Source: Planctomycetota bacterium (GTDB lineage Bacteria; Planctomycetota; SZUA-567; H5-PLA8). From it: a stretch of 64,000 nt of DNA. The DNA is taken from positions 1,468-65,467 of the forward strand of contig DASPJR010000104.1 in the NCBI GenBank assembly GCA_035628505.1. Direction: 5' to 3'. Under the pieces are notes generated by a model, which made no database searches, had not been told where the DNA came from, and saw only the letters and a program-made list of their open reading frames with translations. The translations under genes and the position numbers were made by a program. Positions 55,592 through 64,000 of this stretch are shown here, piece after piece; the stretch's first letter is position 1, and every line of letters starts with the position of its first letter.

Positions 55592-57037
55592 ATGACGTGG
55601 ATTCGCTTTCTCAGCGTTTGTTGTCTCAGCTTTGTCCTTGCCGCATCTGCTGCCGATGAACTCGCCGGAAAGCGGCCAAACATCGTTTTCATTCTTACTG
55701 ACGACCAGGGCTATGGCGACATGTCGTGCCACGGGAACCCCCTGCTGAAAACGCCGGCGCTGGACAAGCTTCATTCCGAGTCCGTCCGCTTCACCGATTT
55801 CCATGTCAGCCCAACATGCGCGCCGACACGCGCCGCGCTGCTGACCGGCCGTCATGAATTCCGCAACGGCGTCACGCACACCATCCTGGAACGTGAACGG
55901 CTGACCCTGCAGGCAACCACGCTCGCTCAGGTTTTGAAATCGGCCGGGTACACGACAGGTATTTTCGGCAAGTGGCATCTGGGTGACGAAGACGAGTATC
56001 AGCCCGAGCGGCGCGGCTTTGACGAAGTCTTCATTCATGGCGGCGGCGGGATCGGGCAGAGCTACCCCGGAAGCTGCGGCGACGCGCCGAAAAATAAGTA
56101 CTTCGATCCGGCGATCAAACACAATGGGAAGTTCGTAAAAACAGCCGGCTACTGCACCGATGTGTTCTTCGAGCAGGCCGCAAAATGGGTGGAGTCGGTT
56201 AAAGGCAGGCAGCCGTTTTTCTGCTACCTGCCGACCAACGCGCCGCACGATCCGCTTCACGTGCCGCCCGAATACAACAAGCTCTACGCAGACCAAGTGC
56301 CCGCGGACACAGCGAAATTCTTCGGCATGATTGCCAACCTTGATGACAACGTTGCGAAACTGATGGCGAAACTTTCGGCGTGGGGCATCGAACGCGAGAC
56401 GCTCGTCATTTTCATGAACGACAATGGCGGCACGTACGGCGTGAAGGTCTTCAACGCGGGCATGCGCGAGAAGAAGGGTACGCCGTGGCTTGGCGGAACG
56501 CGCGTGGCGTCCTTCTGGCGCTGGCCGGGCACGCTCAAGCCTGCGGACGTGAGTAAGCTGACGGCGCACATAGATTTCCTTCCAACGATCGCCGAAATCA
56601 CCGGCGCGAAGCTCAGCGACGAAACGAAAGCTCAGATTGAGGGCCGCAGCCTTGTCCCGCTGCTCGTGAATTCGGCAGCGCCATGGGAAGACCGCACGCT
56701 CTTCACGCACGTCGGACGCTGGCCCAAGTTGGAGCCGCCCGCTACGTACAAGTACACCAACTGCAGCGTGCGCAACACGCGCTGGCACATGGTCTCGGTC
56801 GCGAAGAAGAACGAAAAGCAGTGGCAGCTGTTTGACCTGACAACTGATCCGGGTGAGAAAACTGATCTGGCCGCGCAAAATCCGCAAGTTGTTGCCGAGC
56901 TCGAGAGCGCCTACGACAAGTGGTGGGACTCGGTGCAGCCGCAGCTTGTAAACGAAAAAGCCCCGGGCCCAAAGATCAACCCGTTTAAAGAGCAGTACGA
57001 AAAGCAATTCGGGGCGGTCGATGTTCCGAAACAGTAA
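55592..57037 (+). CDS. arylsulfatase (formylglycine-dependent sulfatase family), secreted
   Basis: SPTCAPTRAALLTGR (C-x-P-x-R FGly motif), ILTDDQGYGD. ATG 55592 with GGGGAG RBS. Confidence 0.85.
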   Translation: MTWIRFLSVCCLSFVLAASAADELAGKRPNIVFILTDDQGYGDMSCHGNPLLKTPALDKLHSESVRFTDFHVSPTCAPTRAALLTGRHEFRNGVTHTILERERLTLQATTLAQVLKSAGYTTGIFGKWHLGDEDEYQPERRGFDEVFIHGGGGIGQSYPGSCGDAPKNKYFDPAIKHNGKFVKTAGYCTDVFFEQAAKWVESVKGRQPFFCYLPTNAPHDPLHVPPEYNKLYADQVPADTAKFFGMIANLDDNVAKLMAKLSAWGIERETLVIFMNDNGGTYGVKVFNAGMREKKGTPWLGGTRVASFWRWPGTLKPADVSKLTAHIDFLPTIAEITGAKLSDETKAQIEGRSLVPLLVNSAAPWEDRTLFTHVGRWPKLEPPATYKYTNCSVRNTRWHMVSVAKKNEKQWQLFDLTTDPGEKTDLAAQNPQVVAELESAYDKWWDSVQPQLVNEKAPGPKINPFKEQYEKQFGAVDVPKQ

Positions 57038-57107
57038 GAATGCTCATATCGAGAGCTGCCAGATCAACGGCACGTTAAAGATCAAGGCTGCTGAGTCCCG
57101 ATAATTG

Positions 57108-57557
57108 TTACGGCTTGGGAGCCTCCTGTTTGCGCGGCGGCAGTCTCACGATCGTGAACCAGAAGTCCTCAATGCATCGCACTACTTTGACGAACTGTTC
57201 CATATCAATGGGCTTCGTCACGAAGCAGTTACAGTGCAGCTGATAGGATCTTAAAACATCCTGGTCCGATTCTGAACTGGTCAGCACGACGACGGGTATG
57301 GCCTCCAGTTCCGGATCCCTCTTGATTTCTGCGAGCACTTCACGGCCGTCTTTCTTCGGAAGATTCAGATCCAGAAGAATGATGTCGGGCTTGACGGCGC
57401 CCGCAAATTTTCCATCACGGCGCAGAAACGACATCGCTTCGGCGCCGTCTACAACTACGTGCAGGTTGTTAGCGACCTTGCAGAACGCGAACGCCTCCTT
57501 GGTGAAGAGGACGTCAATGGGGTTGTCTTCAACCAGCAGAATCTCAACGGGAATCAT
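57108..57557 (-). CDS. stand-alone response regulator receiver protein (CheY-like)
   Basis: ILLVEDNPID..DIILLDLNLPKKDG..VVVLTSS. ATG 57557 with AAGGAG RBS. Overlaps the stop of the upstream HK by 14 nt. Confidence 0.8.
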   Translation of the reverse strand: MIPVEILLVEDNPIDVLFTKEAFAFCKVANNLHVVVDGAEAMSFLRRDGKFAGAVKPDIILLDLNLPKKDGREVLAEIKRDPELEAIPVVVLTSSESDQDVLRSYQLHCNCFVTKPIDMEQFVKVVRCIEDFWFTIVRLPPRKQEAPKP

Positions 57558-58977
57558 TCGATCGGTCTCCTTTATCGGGCACCGTAAAATAGAATGTGCT
57601 TCCCTCGCCAGGTTTTGATTCAACCCACATGCGTCCTCCATTGCGCTCGACAATGCGCCTGCACAGTGCCAGGCCGAGCCCGGTGCCGCCCACCTCGCCG
57701 CCCTCCAGGCGCTGGAACATGCCGAAGATGCGTTCGTGGTATTCAGGATCGATTCCTTTGCCGTTATCTTTCACGGCAAAAAGCCACGAGCCGTCCTGCC
57801 GCAATGCGCTGGCGTGAATGCGCGGAGGTTCGGCGCCGCGGTACTTCATGGCGTTGCTGAGCAGATTCTGAAACAGCGTGATGAATTGAACTTCATGCCC
57901 GCTGACGACGGGAAACTCCGTTCGTGTTACGGCTGCTCCGCTGTCGATGCGCGCGGCACTTAAGTCTTCCAGTGCCCGGTCGAATGCTGCGCCGGTATCG
58001 ACGCGCCTGGGTGCGACCTGCTGCGATCCGATGCGGGAGTAGGCCAGGACGTTGACGATCAACTGCTTCATGCGGATGCAGGACTGGCTCATGTAGGTGA
58101 GCAGTTGCTCAGAATCCGCATCCAGCTTCCCTTTGAAGCGCCGCTCGAAAAGTTGCACGCAGCCGTTGACGCTTCGAAGCGGCTCCTGCAGATCGTGCGA
58201 GACGGCATACGCAAACGCTTCCAAGTCTCTGTTTGAAGCCGTCAGGTCCGCGGCCCGCTTTTCCAGCTCGAGCTCAACGCGGATGCGCCGCTCTATTTCG
58301 CTTTTCAGCTCGTCAGTCCGCCGCTCCAGGTCCGCGATCGCCTGCGAGATCTTTTTCACCGCAGGGCGGAAGACGAAGAGCGCCTCCAGCGTCAGCACCG
58401 CCAGGGTCAGCGCCAGCAGTATGATTTCCAGGCGTTTGAGCCTGTTGACGCGTGCTTCCGACTCGCGCTCGTACTGCTGAACAATGCTGTCCATTCCGCT
58501 CAGAAACGCGCTCTCGTTGTGCAGAATTGCATCCAGCAGTAACGAATGGTCGGGGCTTGGCGCCCTAGCTTCAGCAATCTGGCTAGCGGCGTTCAGAATG
58601 GACTCGTAATGAGGCTGAATCGCATCGAATAGTACTGCCACTTCGGCACTGTTTTGGCGGTGCTCCCATTCGGTTTGAATGATTCCTGATTGCAAGGCTT
58701 GATGCGACGCTTTCCAAGTCGAAAGAGCTGCCCGCAATTCATCACGCCGCTCATTTTGAGGGGCTTTGTCAGCAGGCGCAGTCGCCAGCGCGAGTGCGGC
58801 TTTGCTGATTTTCTGACTGAGCATACGCTGCCTTCCGGCAATGTTTATCGTTCGCGCATCATTGGAGTGATCAGAGAGTTCTATCTGTACGACAGCCTGC
58901 CCAATAATGACCAGCAGCGCGACCGCGCTCAGTGCGGCGATATAGCGGACTTGCAGATGTTCAGGTGACGGATTCAT
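57544..58977 (-). CDS. sensor histidine kinase (N-terminal NarX/PilJ-like sensing domain, HisKA, HATPase_c)
   Basis: H-box AYAVSHDLQEPLRS. N/G boxes NLLSNAMKY, DNGKGI, GGTGLGLAL. N-terminal AGRQRMLSQKISK P-box-like motif. One TM segment. Confidence 0.85.
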   Translation of the reverse strand: MNPSPEHLQVRYIAALSAVALLVIIGQAVVQIELSDHSNDARTINIAGRQRMLSQKISKAALALATAPADKAPQNERRDELRAALSTWKASHQALQSGIIQTEWEHRQNSAEVAVLFDAIQPHYESILNAASQIAEARAPSPDHSLLLDAILHNESAFLSGMDSIVQQYERESEARVNRLKRLEIILLALTLAVLTLEALFVFRPAVKKISQAIADLERRTDELKSEIERRIRVELELEKRAADLTASNRDLEAFAYAVSHDLQEPLRSVNGCVQLFERRFKGKLDADSEQLLTYMSQSCIRMKQLIVNVLAYSRIGSQQVAPRRVDTGAAFDRALEDLSAARIDSGAAVTRTEFPVVSGHEVQFITLFQNLLSNAMKYRGAEPPRIHASALRQDGSWLFAVKDNGKGIDPEYHERIFGMFQRLEGGEVGGTGLGLALCRRIVERNGGRMWVESKPGEGSTFYFTVPDKGDRSNDSR

Positions 58978-59197
58978 TTAGGCATCGCGGAATCCCTGCC
59001 AGCGTAAACGGACCCAGTGCAAGGGATATGCCACGGCGTGGTGCCGATTTGCTGTGATTTCAAGGAGCTGCCGGGCATTTTGCAAAACGTTTTCATTGCT
59101 GCGATCGCGTAGATTTAACGTTAAACCTGCTTATAAGCATAAAAACTAATGACTTCTGGCTTGTCCGGATTGTAGCTAACATCAAGGGAGCTCTTCC

Positions 59198-62100
59198 ATG
59201 GGACACGCAGCCGGCTACTACGCTATTACGCGGGCAGTGCCATTTGTGGTGCTGTTGTGCGGCTTGCGTGCGCTCGCTGGAGAAGCGCCTCCAGCACCGC
59301 CGCCCAAACCGGTCGCTCCCGCCGCTCCCACTCCTCCTACCGCTCCCTCCGCGGTGGCTGCGGAGGCCCTGAAAAAGCCGCTTCTCGCCGGGTTCACTGA
59401 AGAAGAATTCTCCCGCTTTTCGGAGCGCTTTAAGAAAGAGCTCTGGCCGCAGCTGACGCGCAATAACAACAGCTGCGTCAGCTGCCATGATGACGAGAGC
59501 GACTCGCAGCTCCACATGGTTGACGAACCCGAAGGCGCGTTCCGCAAGCTTCTGGCGGAGAAGTATCTGGATCCCGCCAATCCCTCCGGCTTCTACGCGC
59601 GCGTAAAGACCAGTGACAAGAAAAAGCGCATGCCCAAGCCGCCGTCAAAGCCGTGGACGGAGGCCGAGATGACGCTGCTGAAAAATTTCGGCGCGGAGAT
59701 CGTGAAGCATCAGAACAAAGAAGCGGCCGCCGGCATGGATGAGCAGTTTCCGATGGAACTGCTGATGGATTACATCGGCAAGCCCATCAGCGCCGGCCCG
59801 GATACCACCTTCCTCACCTATTATCAGCTGCGCCGGAAAGTGAAGACGATCTTTGGCGACGACTGGAATCGCAACGGCGTCGATCTGTTTAACGAAAACA
59901 TCGCCCTCTTCGGCGGCGCCGATTTCGTGCGCTCCTTCAATGAGACCAGCACAGCGTCGGCGACCTTCCTGAGCGGCATTGAACTGATGAGCGCCGACGT
60001 GGCCAGCCGCGCCTATCTCTGCAGCAGTGGCCCATTCAATGGACGAGCGCCGAACCTGCCGCCGCCGGCACCAAAGAAAGGTCCTGACGGAGCGTATAAA
60101 AAGGAAATCAGCCGGCTCTACAATCGGATACTTTTCCGCGATCCCACGGAGAAGGAACTGACTGACGCATACACGCTGCTGCAGAATGTCTACCGCGACC
60201 AGGCGCAGTTAAAAAATCAGCAGCGCGAAATGCGCTTTGAGCTGAAAGTCGAAGACGACAGCGGGCTGGTCAGCACGCAGGACTTCATGGTCCCGGTCAG
60301 CAGCGGCGAATGCGGCCTCTACCAGGAATTCTTGAACCAGGCGGCGCAGGCTGATGGTAAACAGGTGAAGAAGAAGCTTTCGCAGGAGTTCTCTTTCAGG
60401 AAAGGCCAGAGCGAGCAGCAGAGCTTTAAGATTCTGAACGGCGGCAGTGCGGGCAATGTGTCGATCAGCTCCATCGAACTGACCGGCCCGCTGCCCGAGA
60501 AGCAGACCAAAACGATTCTGGTGACCAGCCCGAGCGTGCAGATCTTCGGCGCGTGGGTGCTGAAGGAGCAGAGCGGCTTTGCCAGCTACGAGGACCAGAA
60601 CGAAGACAAAGGCAACGCATCCATCGTCTTTCCGGTCGACGTTGAGAAGGATGGAAAATACGAACTCACCGTTGTCTGGCGCAAGAACGATGGAACATCG
60701 AACGAGAAAGACAAGAATGGCAAGCCTAAACAGGTCAGCAGCAATGCCGAAAGTGTTCTCGTCGAGGTGCTCTCGTTCGACGCGACGCGCCACGCGCTTG
60801 AAGCACCCAGGCCCGTTCCGCCCAAAGGCCAGGCGCATTTCGTCATCGACCAGACGCTCAGCAACATTCCGTACTGGGAACTGAAGACGTCGTTTCAGTT
60901 CGGGCCTGACGATGGCGTGGAGATCAACAACGCAAACACGCGCCGCACGGTCGTGGCGGACGCGATCCACTTCGCCAATCCGGCAACCAAAGCGAAGTTC
61001 ATGGTTAAAGGCATCGAAGCCGAAGGGAACGAGAAGTGGGAGGAGTTCAAGCCCGGCCAGTTCAAGCCGTACAATACGTTCGGGCCCAAGCTCCTTGCGG
61101 ATGGCAATACAAAAAAGGGCGAGCTGAAGCTGCTCTACAAGCCCAGCATTCGTAAAGGCGAATTCAATGAAACAGAATTCTACAACGTCCGCTTGAGCTG
61201 CCCCGGCAAAGCCGGAAATGAAACGCAGACGCCGGTCATCGTTCACGCCCAGCGCTCGTCGCCCATTCTGCAGATCCGCTACCCGCAGCACGTCCGCGCC
61301 GGCGGGCAGGTGACGATCGATGCATCGGCCAGCTACAACCTGCAGAAAACGCCGCTGAAGTTCACGTGGACGCAGACCGGCGGCCCGCGCGTGGAACTCC
61401 CCGACCGCAGCGCGCCGACGATCACGTTCACCGCGCCCAGCATGAGCGCGCAGCAGGCGGCCTGGGAGGGGCTCTGCCGCGCGCTGATCCGGCATCCGGA
61501 TTTCCTCTTCACGCGGCCGCCCTCGATCGCCTCGATTAAAGACAAGAACGCACGCGCCCGGCTGCAGCTCGTGAAAATAGCGCAGGATCTGGTCGGGCGC
61601 ACGCCCACTGGCGAGGAACTCAAGGCGCTGGAGAAGGGCACGCCGCTGAGCGCCTTCATCGATCAGTACCTCGACAGCAAAGAGTTCCGCGATTTCTATT
61701 TCCACCGCATCCGCCTGGTGCTCGAAAGCCACGGCAGCGATCTCGACGACGAGCCCACGCGCTTGTGGACGTATGTGTGCTTCAACGATCTCTCCTTTAA
61801 GGAGATCCTGACGGCCGATTACAGTGTCGATAAGAAGATGCAGAAGCAGCCACGGCCGGCGTATCACGGAAAGACGGGGTTGCTGACGATGAAGGGATTC
61901 ATCGACGGCAAGCCGGGCCTGCCGCACTTTAATTACGCAGCGGTCGTCTGCGAAAAGTTCCTCGGCTACGTCTTCGAAGTTCCCGCGACCATCGTCGCCC
62001 AGCGCGAAGGCGCGACTGCGGCGAGCACCACCCATCCGGATTCGACGTGCTACAGCTGCCACAAAATTCTCACGCCGCTGGCGTACCAGCGCATGCGCTG

Positions 62101-62434
62101 GACCGACGACGGCAAATATAAGGAAAAGGACGAGAAAGGCCGGCCGATCGACGACAGCGATCAGAAGCTCGTCGCATCTTATCCTTTCAAGGGTTCGGGC
62201 ATGGAAGCATTCGCGCTGCAGGCGCAGCACAAGGAACGCTTTATCCGCACGATGATCCAGACTCATTTCATCTTCTATTTTGGACGTGAAATGCGCTACG
62301 AAGACGACGAGCGCGCGCTGTACCGGCGGCTGTGGGAGAACGTGCATCAGAAGAATTTCTCGATCCGCGCAATGCTCAAAGCGCTGATGAACAGCCCGGA
62401 ATACCTGGACGCGCAGCCGATGAGGAAGAGCTGA
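59198..62434 (+). CDS. DUF1549/DUF1553 (PSCyt/PSD-type) family protein with two CxxCH motifs
   Basis: Signal peptide. N-terminal CVSCHDDES and C-terminal CYSCHKILTPL CxxCH motifs. 1078 aa. Architecture typical of planctomycete/acidobacterial DUF1549-DUF1553 proteins, which pair with DUF1501. Confidence 0.75.
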   Translation: MGHAAGYYAITRAVPFVVLLCGLRALAGEAPPAPPPKPVAPAAPTPPTAPSAVAAEALKKPLLAGFTEEEFSRFSERFKKELWPQLTRNNNSCVSCHDDESDSQLHMVDEPEGAFRKLLAEKYLDPANPSGFYARVKTSDKKKRMPKPPSKPWTEAEMTLLKNFGAEIVKHQNKEAAAGMDEQFPMELLMDYIGKPISAGPDTTFLTYYQLRRKVKTIFGDDWNRNGVDLFNENIALFGGADFVRSFNETSTASATFLSGIELMSADVASRAYLCSSGPFNGRAPNLPPPAPKKGPDGAYKKEISRLYNRILFRDPTEKELTDAYTLLQNVYRDQAQLKNQQREMRFELKVEDDSGLVSTQDFMVPVSSGECGLYQEFLNQAAQADGKQVKKKLSQEFSFRKGQSEQQSFKILNGGSAGNVSISSIELTGPLPEKQTKTILVTSPSVQIFGAWVLKEQSGFASYEDQNEDKGNASIVFPVDVEKDGKYELTVVWRKNDGTSNEKDKNGKPKQVSSNAESVLVEVLSFDATRHALEAPRPVPPKGQAHFVIDQTLSNIPYWELKTSFQFGPDDGVEINNANTRRTVVADAIHFANPATKAKFMVKGIEAEGNEKWEEFKPGQFKPYNTFGPKLLADGNTKKGELKLLYKPSIRKGEFNETEFYNVRLSCPGKAGNETQTPVIVHAQRSSPILQIRYPQHVRAGGQVTIDASASYNLQKTPLKFTWTQTGGPRVELPDRSAPTITFTAPSMSAQQAAWEGLCRALIRHPDFLFTRPPSIASIKDKNARARLQLVKIAQDLVGRTPTGEELKALEKGTPLSAFIDQYLDSKEFRDFYFHRIRLVLESHGSDLDDEPTRLWTYVCFNDLSFKEILTADYSVDKKMQKQPRPAYHGKTGLLTMKGFIDGKPGLPHFNYAAVVCEKFLGYVFEVPATIVAQREGATAASTTHPDSTCYSCHKILTPLAYQRMRWTDDGKYKEKDEKGRPIDDSDQKLVASYPFKGSGMEAFALQAQHKERFIRTMIQTHFIFYFGREMRYEDDERALYRRLWENVHQKNFSIRAMLKALMNSPEYLDAQPMRKS

Positions 62435-62462
62435 TTTCGTGTCTGTTGTATTCCCCTCCCCT

Positions 62463-62696
62463 TGCGGGAGGGGGTAGGGGGAGGGGTTAGCCGTGAGTAT
62501 CACTGAGCGTGCGGCGCAAACCGACAGCGACTGAATTTTTCATTTCACAGTTGTCGTTTGTCATTTCTCATTGAACCGCTTCTGTGGCAGAGGGGTTCAC
62601 GAAAGAATTAGTTCTGCTTGTGGTACGCGCTCGGTTGAAGAACAGCTAACCCCTCCCTCTAACTCCCTCCCGCAGGGGGAGGGAGGACCGCGCGTC
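62463..62696. repeat. GC-rich foldback element: hairpin CCCCTCCCC-TTGC-GGGAGGGGG + GTAGGGGGAGGGGTTAGC at left, inverted partner GCTAACCCCTCCCTCTAAC + CTCCCTCCC-GCA-GGGGGAGGGAGG at right, about 150-bp AT-richer core
   Basis: Direct reading. Arms are reverse complements (GGGAGGGGTTAGC / GCTAACCCCTCCC). Sits between the DUF1553 and DUF1501 genes. Confidence 0.6.
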
Positions 62697-62739
62697 CGGC
62701 GATCGTGGCTGTTGCCAGGAGATCACAAGATGTCCAAAT

Positions 62740-64000
62740 GCGAATGCCAGCCGCATCTTCCGCAGGGATACATTGCCGAATCGGGCGCGCATCCGGCCGT
62801 CGACAGTGCGCTCAGGGAGCTCAACCGCCGAGATTTCCTGCGACGGGTCGGCCTGACTGCGGCGGGACTCACCGCTGCGGATTTCCTCGGCTTCTTCGGC
62901 CGCAAAGGCCTGGCCGACGAGCCGAAAGTCTTCAAACAGAAAGCGCGCGAGGCGGCCGGAAAAGCGGAGCCGCGTTTTCTGATCTACTGGTTTTTAGAGG
63001 GCGGCTGGGAAGGCTACGACTGCTTCAATCCGGTGGTGACGCCCAACAATATTTTCCCTGACAACCGCCTGCCAAACATCAGCGACGAGCACTACCGTGT
63101 GCTGAATTTCGGCAAGGAAGGCTACGGCATCTACACCCACGGCAACATCCGCTACGGCTACCTGGCGGAAGAAGGCAAGAGCCTCTTTAAGGACATGGCC
63201 GTGCTGAGCTCGATGGAGACCGGCTCGGGGCATTCGGCCGAGCGGCTGCGCTGCCACATGGGCCATTATAAATTCGCGCAGACCGGCGACCGTGAAGACG
63301 ACGAACGTGCGGTGAACCAGGCGTTCGCGGAAGTGTACGGCCAGCCCTATGTGCTTCCCAACGTGGCGTGGCATTTCTGGCTCTCGGACGGCGAGCTCAA
63401 CGAAGTTCAGTACACGGGCCGCAAAGGCTTCTATCATGCATTGGGACCGGTTCACGCGCACACGATCTACGCTGGAACGCCCGCCAACTTGAGCCGCTTC
63501 CTGCTGCGCATGTACAACACTTCAAACGATGTTGTGAACCGGCAGGTGCAGCAGTTCCTTGAGAACGCGAACACGATCGCCACTAACGACCAGTACATCG
63601 AAGCGGTGAAGAGCTACAACTCGGCGCGGCAGATTTATGAGAACCTGGCCAACAAAGGAAAGACTCTCGACCGGCCGATGCTCAGCAAGCTCTTCACCGA
63701 CGCGGAACTCAAAGAGCGTTTCCGCGTTACGCCGCCGGACGAGCTCATCACGTACCGCAGTGTCAACGGCAACAAGGCGCGGACGAAGTTCTGCCCGAAC
63801 ACGAATGTACAGGCGATGATGACCTACGAGCTGATGCGCGCCGGACTCTCGTGCTCATTCTTTATCGAAAGCCGCGACATCCGCCGCTTCGACAGCCACT
63901 TTACCCGCGGCAACCTGTGGGAGAAGGACGGCCGCACGCCGAAGGGCCAACCGGATCAGACCAAGATGATGAGCGAGCATATGTGGAAGCCGTTGCTGAC
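62740..64000 (+). CDS. DUF1501 (sulfatase-like) family protein with Tat signal, 3' partial
   Basis: Manual translation from ATG 62740: MSKCECQPHLPQGY...RRDFLRRVGLTAAGLTAADFLG (twin-arginine signal). Open to the window end (420 codons). Absent from the track because no stop lies in the window. Confidence 0.75.

Overview
High-GC (about 62%) bacterial chromosomal window. The gene content (DUF1549/DUF1553 plus DUF1501 pair, many giant secreted multidomain proteins) suggests an Acidobacteriota- or Planctomycetota-like soil organism, but taxonomy cannot be proven from the sequence alone. The provided ORF track labels GTG and TTG starts as M, so several starts were re-chosen by reading the raw sequence. 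I count about 44 protein-coding genes, packed mostly head-to-tail. They are listed below in order.

Genes (approximate order):
- sigma54-dependent response regulator, partial, found by manual translation of the minus strand because it runs off the window and is absent from the track.
- zinc-ribbon/TM/PA14 membrane protein.
- FNR-like FAD oxidoreductase.
- ispF.
- YhaM-like HD/OB-fold nuclease.
- class I SAM methyltransferase.
- metallophosphoesterase.
- GH13 alpha-amylase-family enzyme.
- class I/II aminotransferase.
- parvulin PPIase.
- bioA.
- anmK.
- two CPA2/RCK cation:proton antiporters.
- DUF72 protein.
- 1486-aa secreted reprolysin-like zinc metalloprotease with 4 tandem PPC-like repeats, 2 Calx-beta domains and a PKD domain.
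- zinc-binding alcohol dehydrogenase.
- thermonuclease.
- mannose-1-phosphate guanylyltransferase.
- 1269-aa membrane protein combining three MshEN-like motifs, a zinc ribbon and a degenerate Ser/Thr kinase domain (predicted pseudokinase).
- homospermidine synthase.
- SGNH hydrolase.
- GlsB/YeaQ stress protein.
- several large secreted hypothetical proteins.
- alpha/beta hydrolase.
- PQQ-like beta-propeller protein.
- TPR lipoprotein.
- TPR/HEAT protein.
- purC.
- metK.
- sugar-phosphate isomerase.
- TolB-like/PKD protein that appears frameshifted.
- arylsulfatase.
- histidine kinase / receiver-only response regulator operon.
- DUF1549/DUF1553 di-CxxCH protein followed by a Tat-signal DUF1501 protein, partial.

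No rRNA, tRNA, CRISPR, transposase or integrase was found. The non-coding DNA is unusually rich in repeats. One family of five MITE-like intergenic elements shares termini built from CGAAATC heptamers and an AATGTTCGAAAC / GTTTCGAACATT palindromic core. There are three separate heptanucleotide microsatellite tracts. A 1.1-kb gene-free, repeat-dense region lies at 38.55-39.78 kb. A GC-rich foldback family also occurs. The best candidates for novel biology are the MshEN-pseudokinase transmembrane protein, the MITE family (one copy appears to donate a start codon and signal-peptide N-terminus), the repeat-rich non-coding locus, and the giant metalloprotease.
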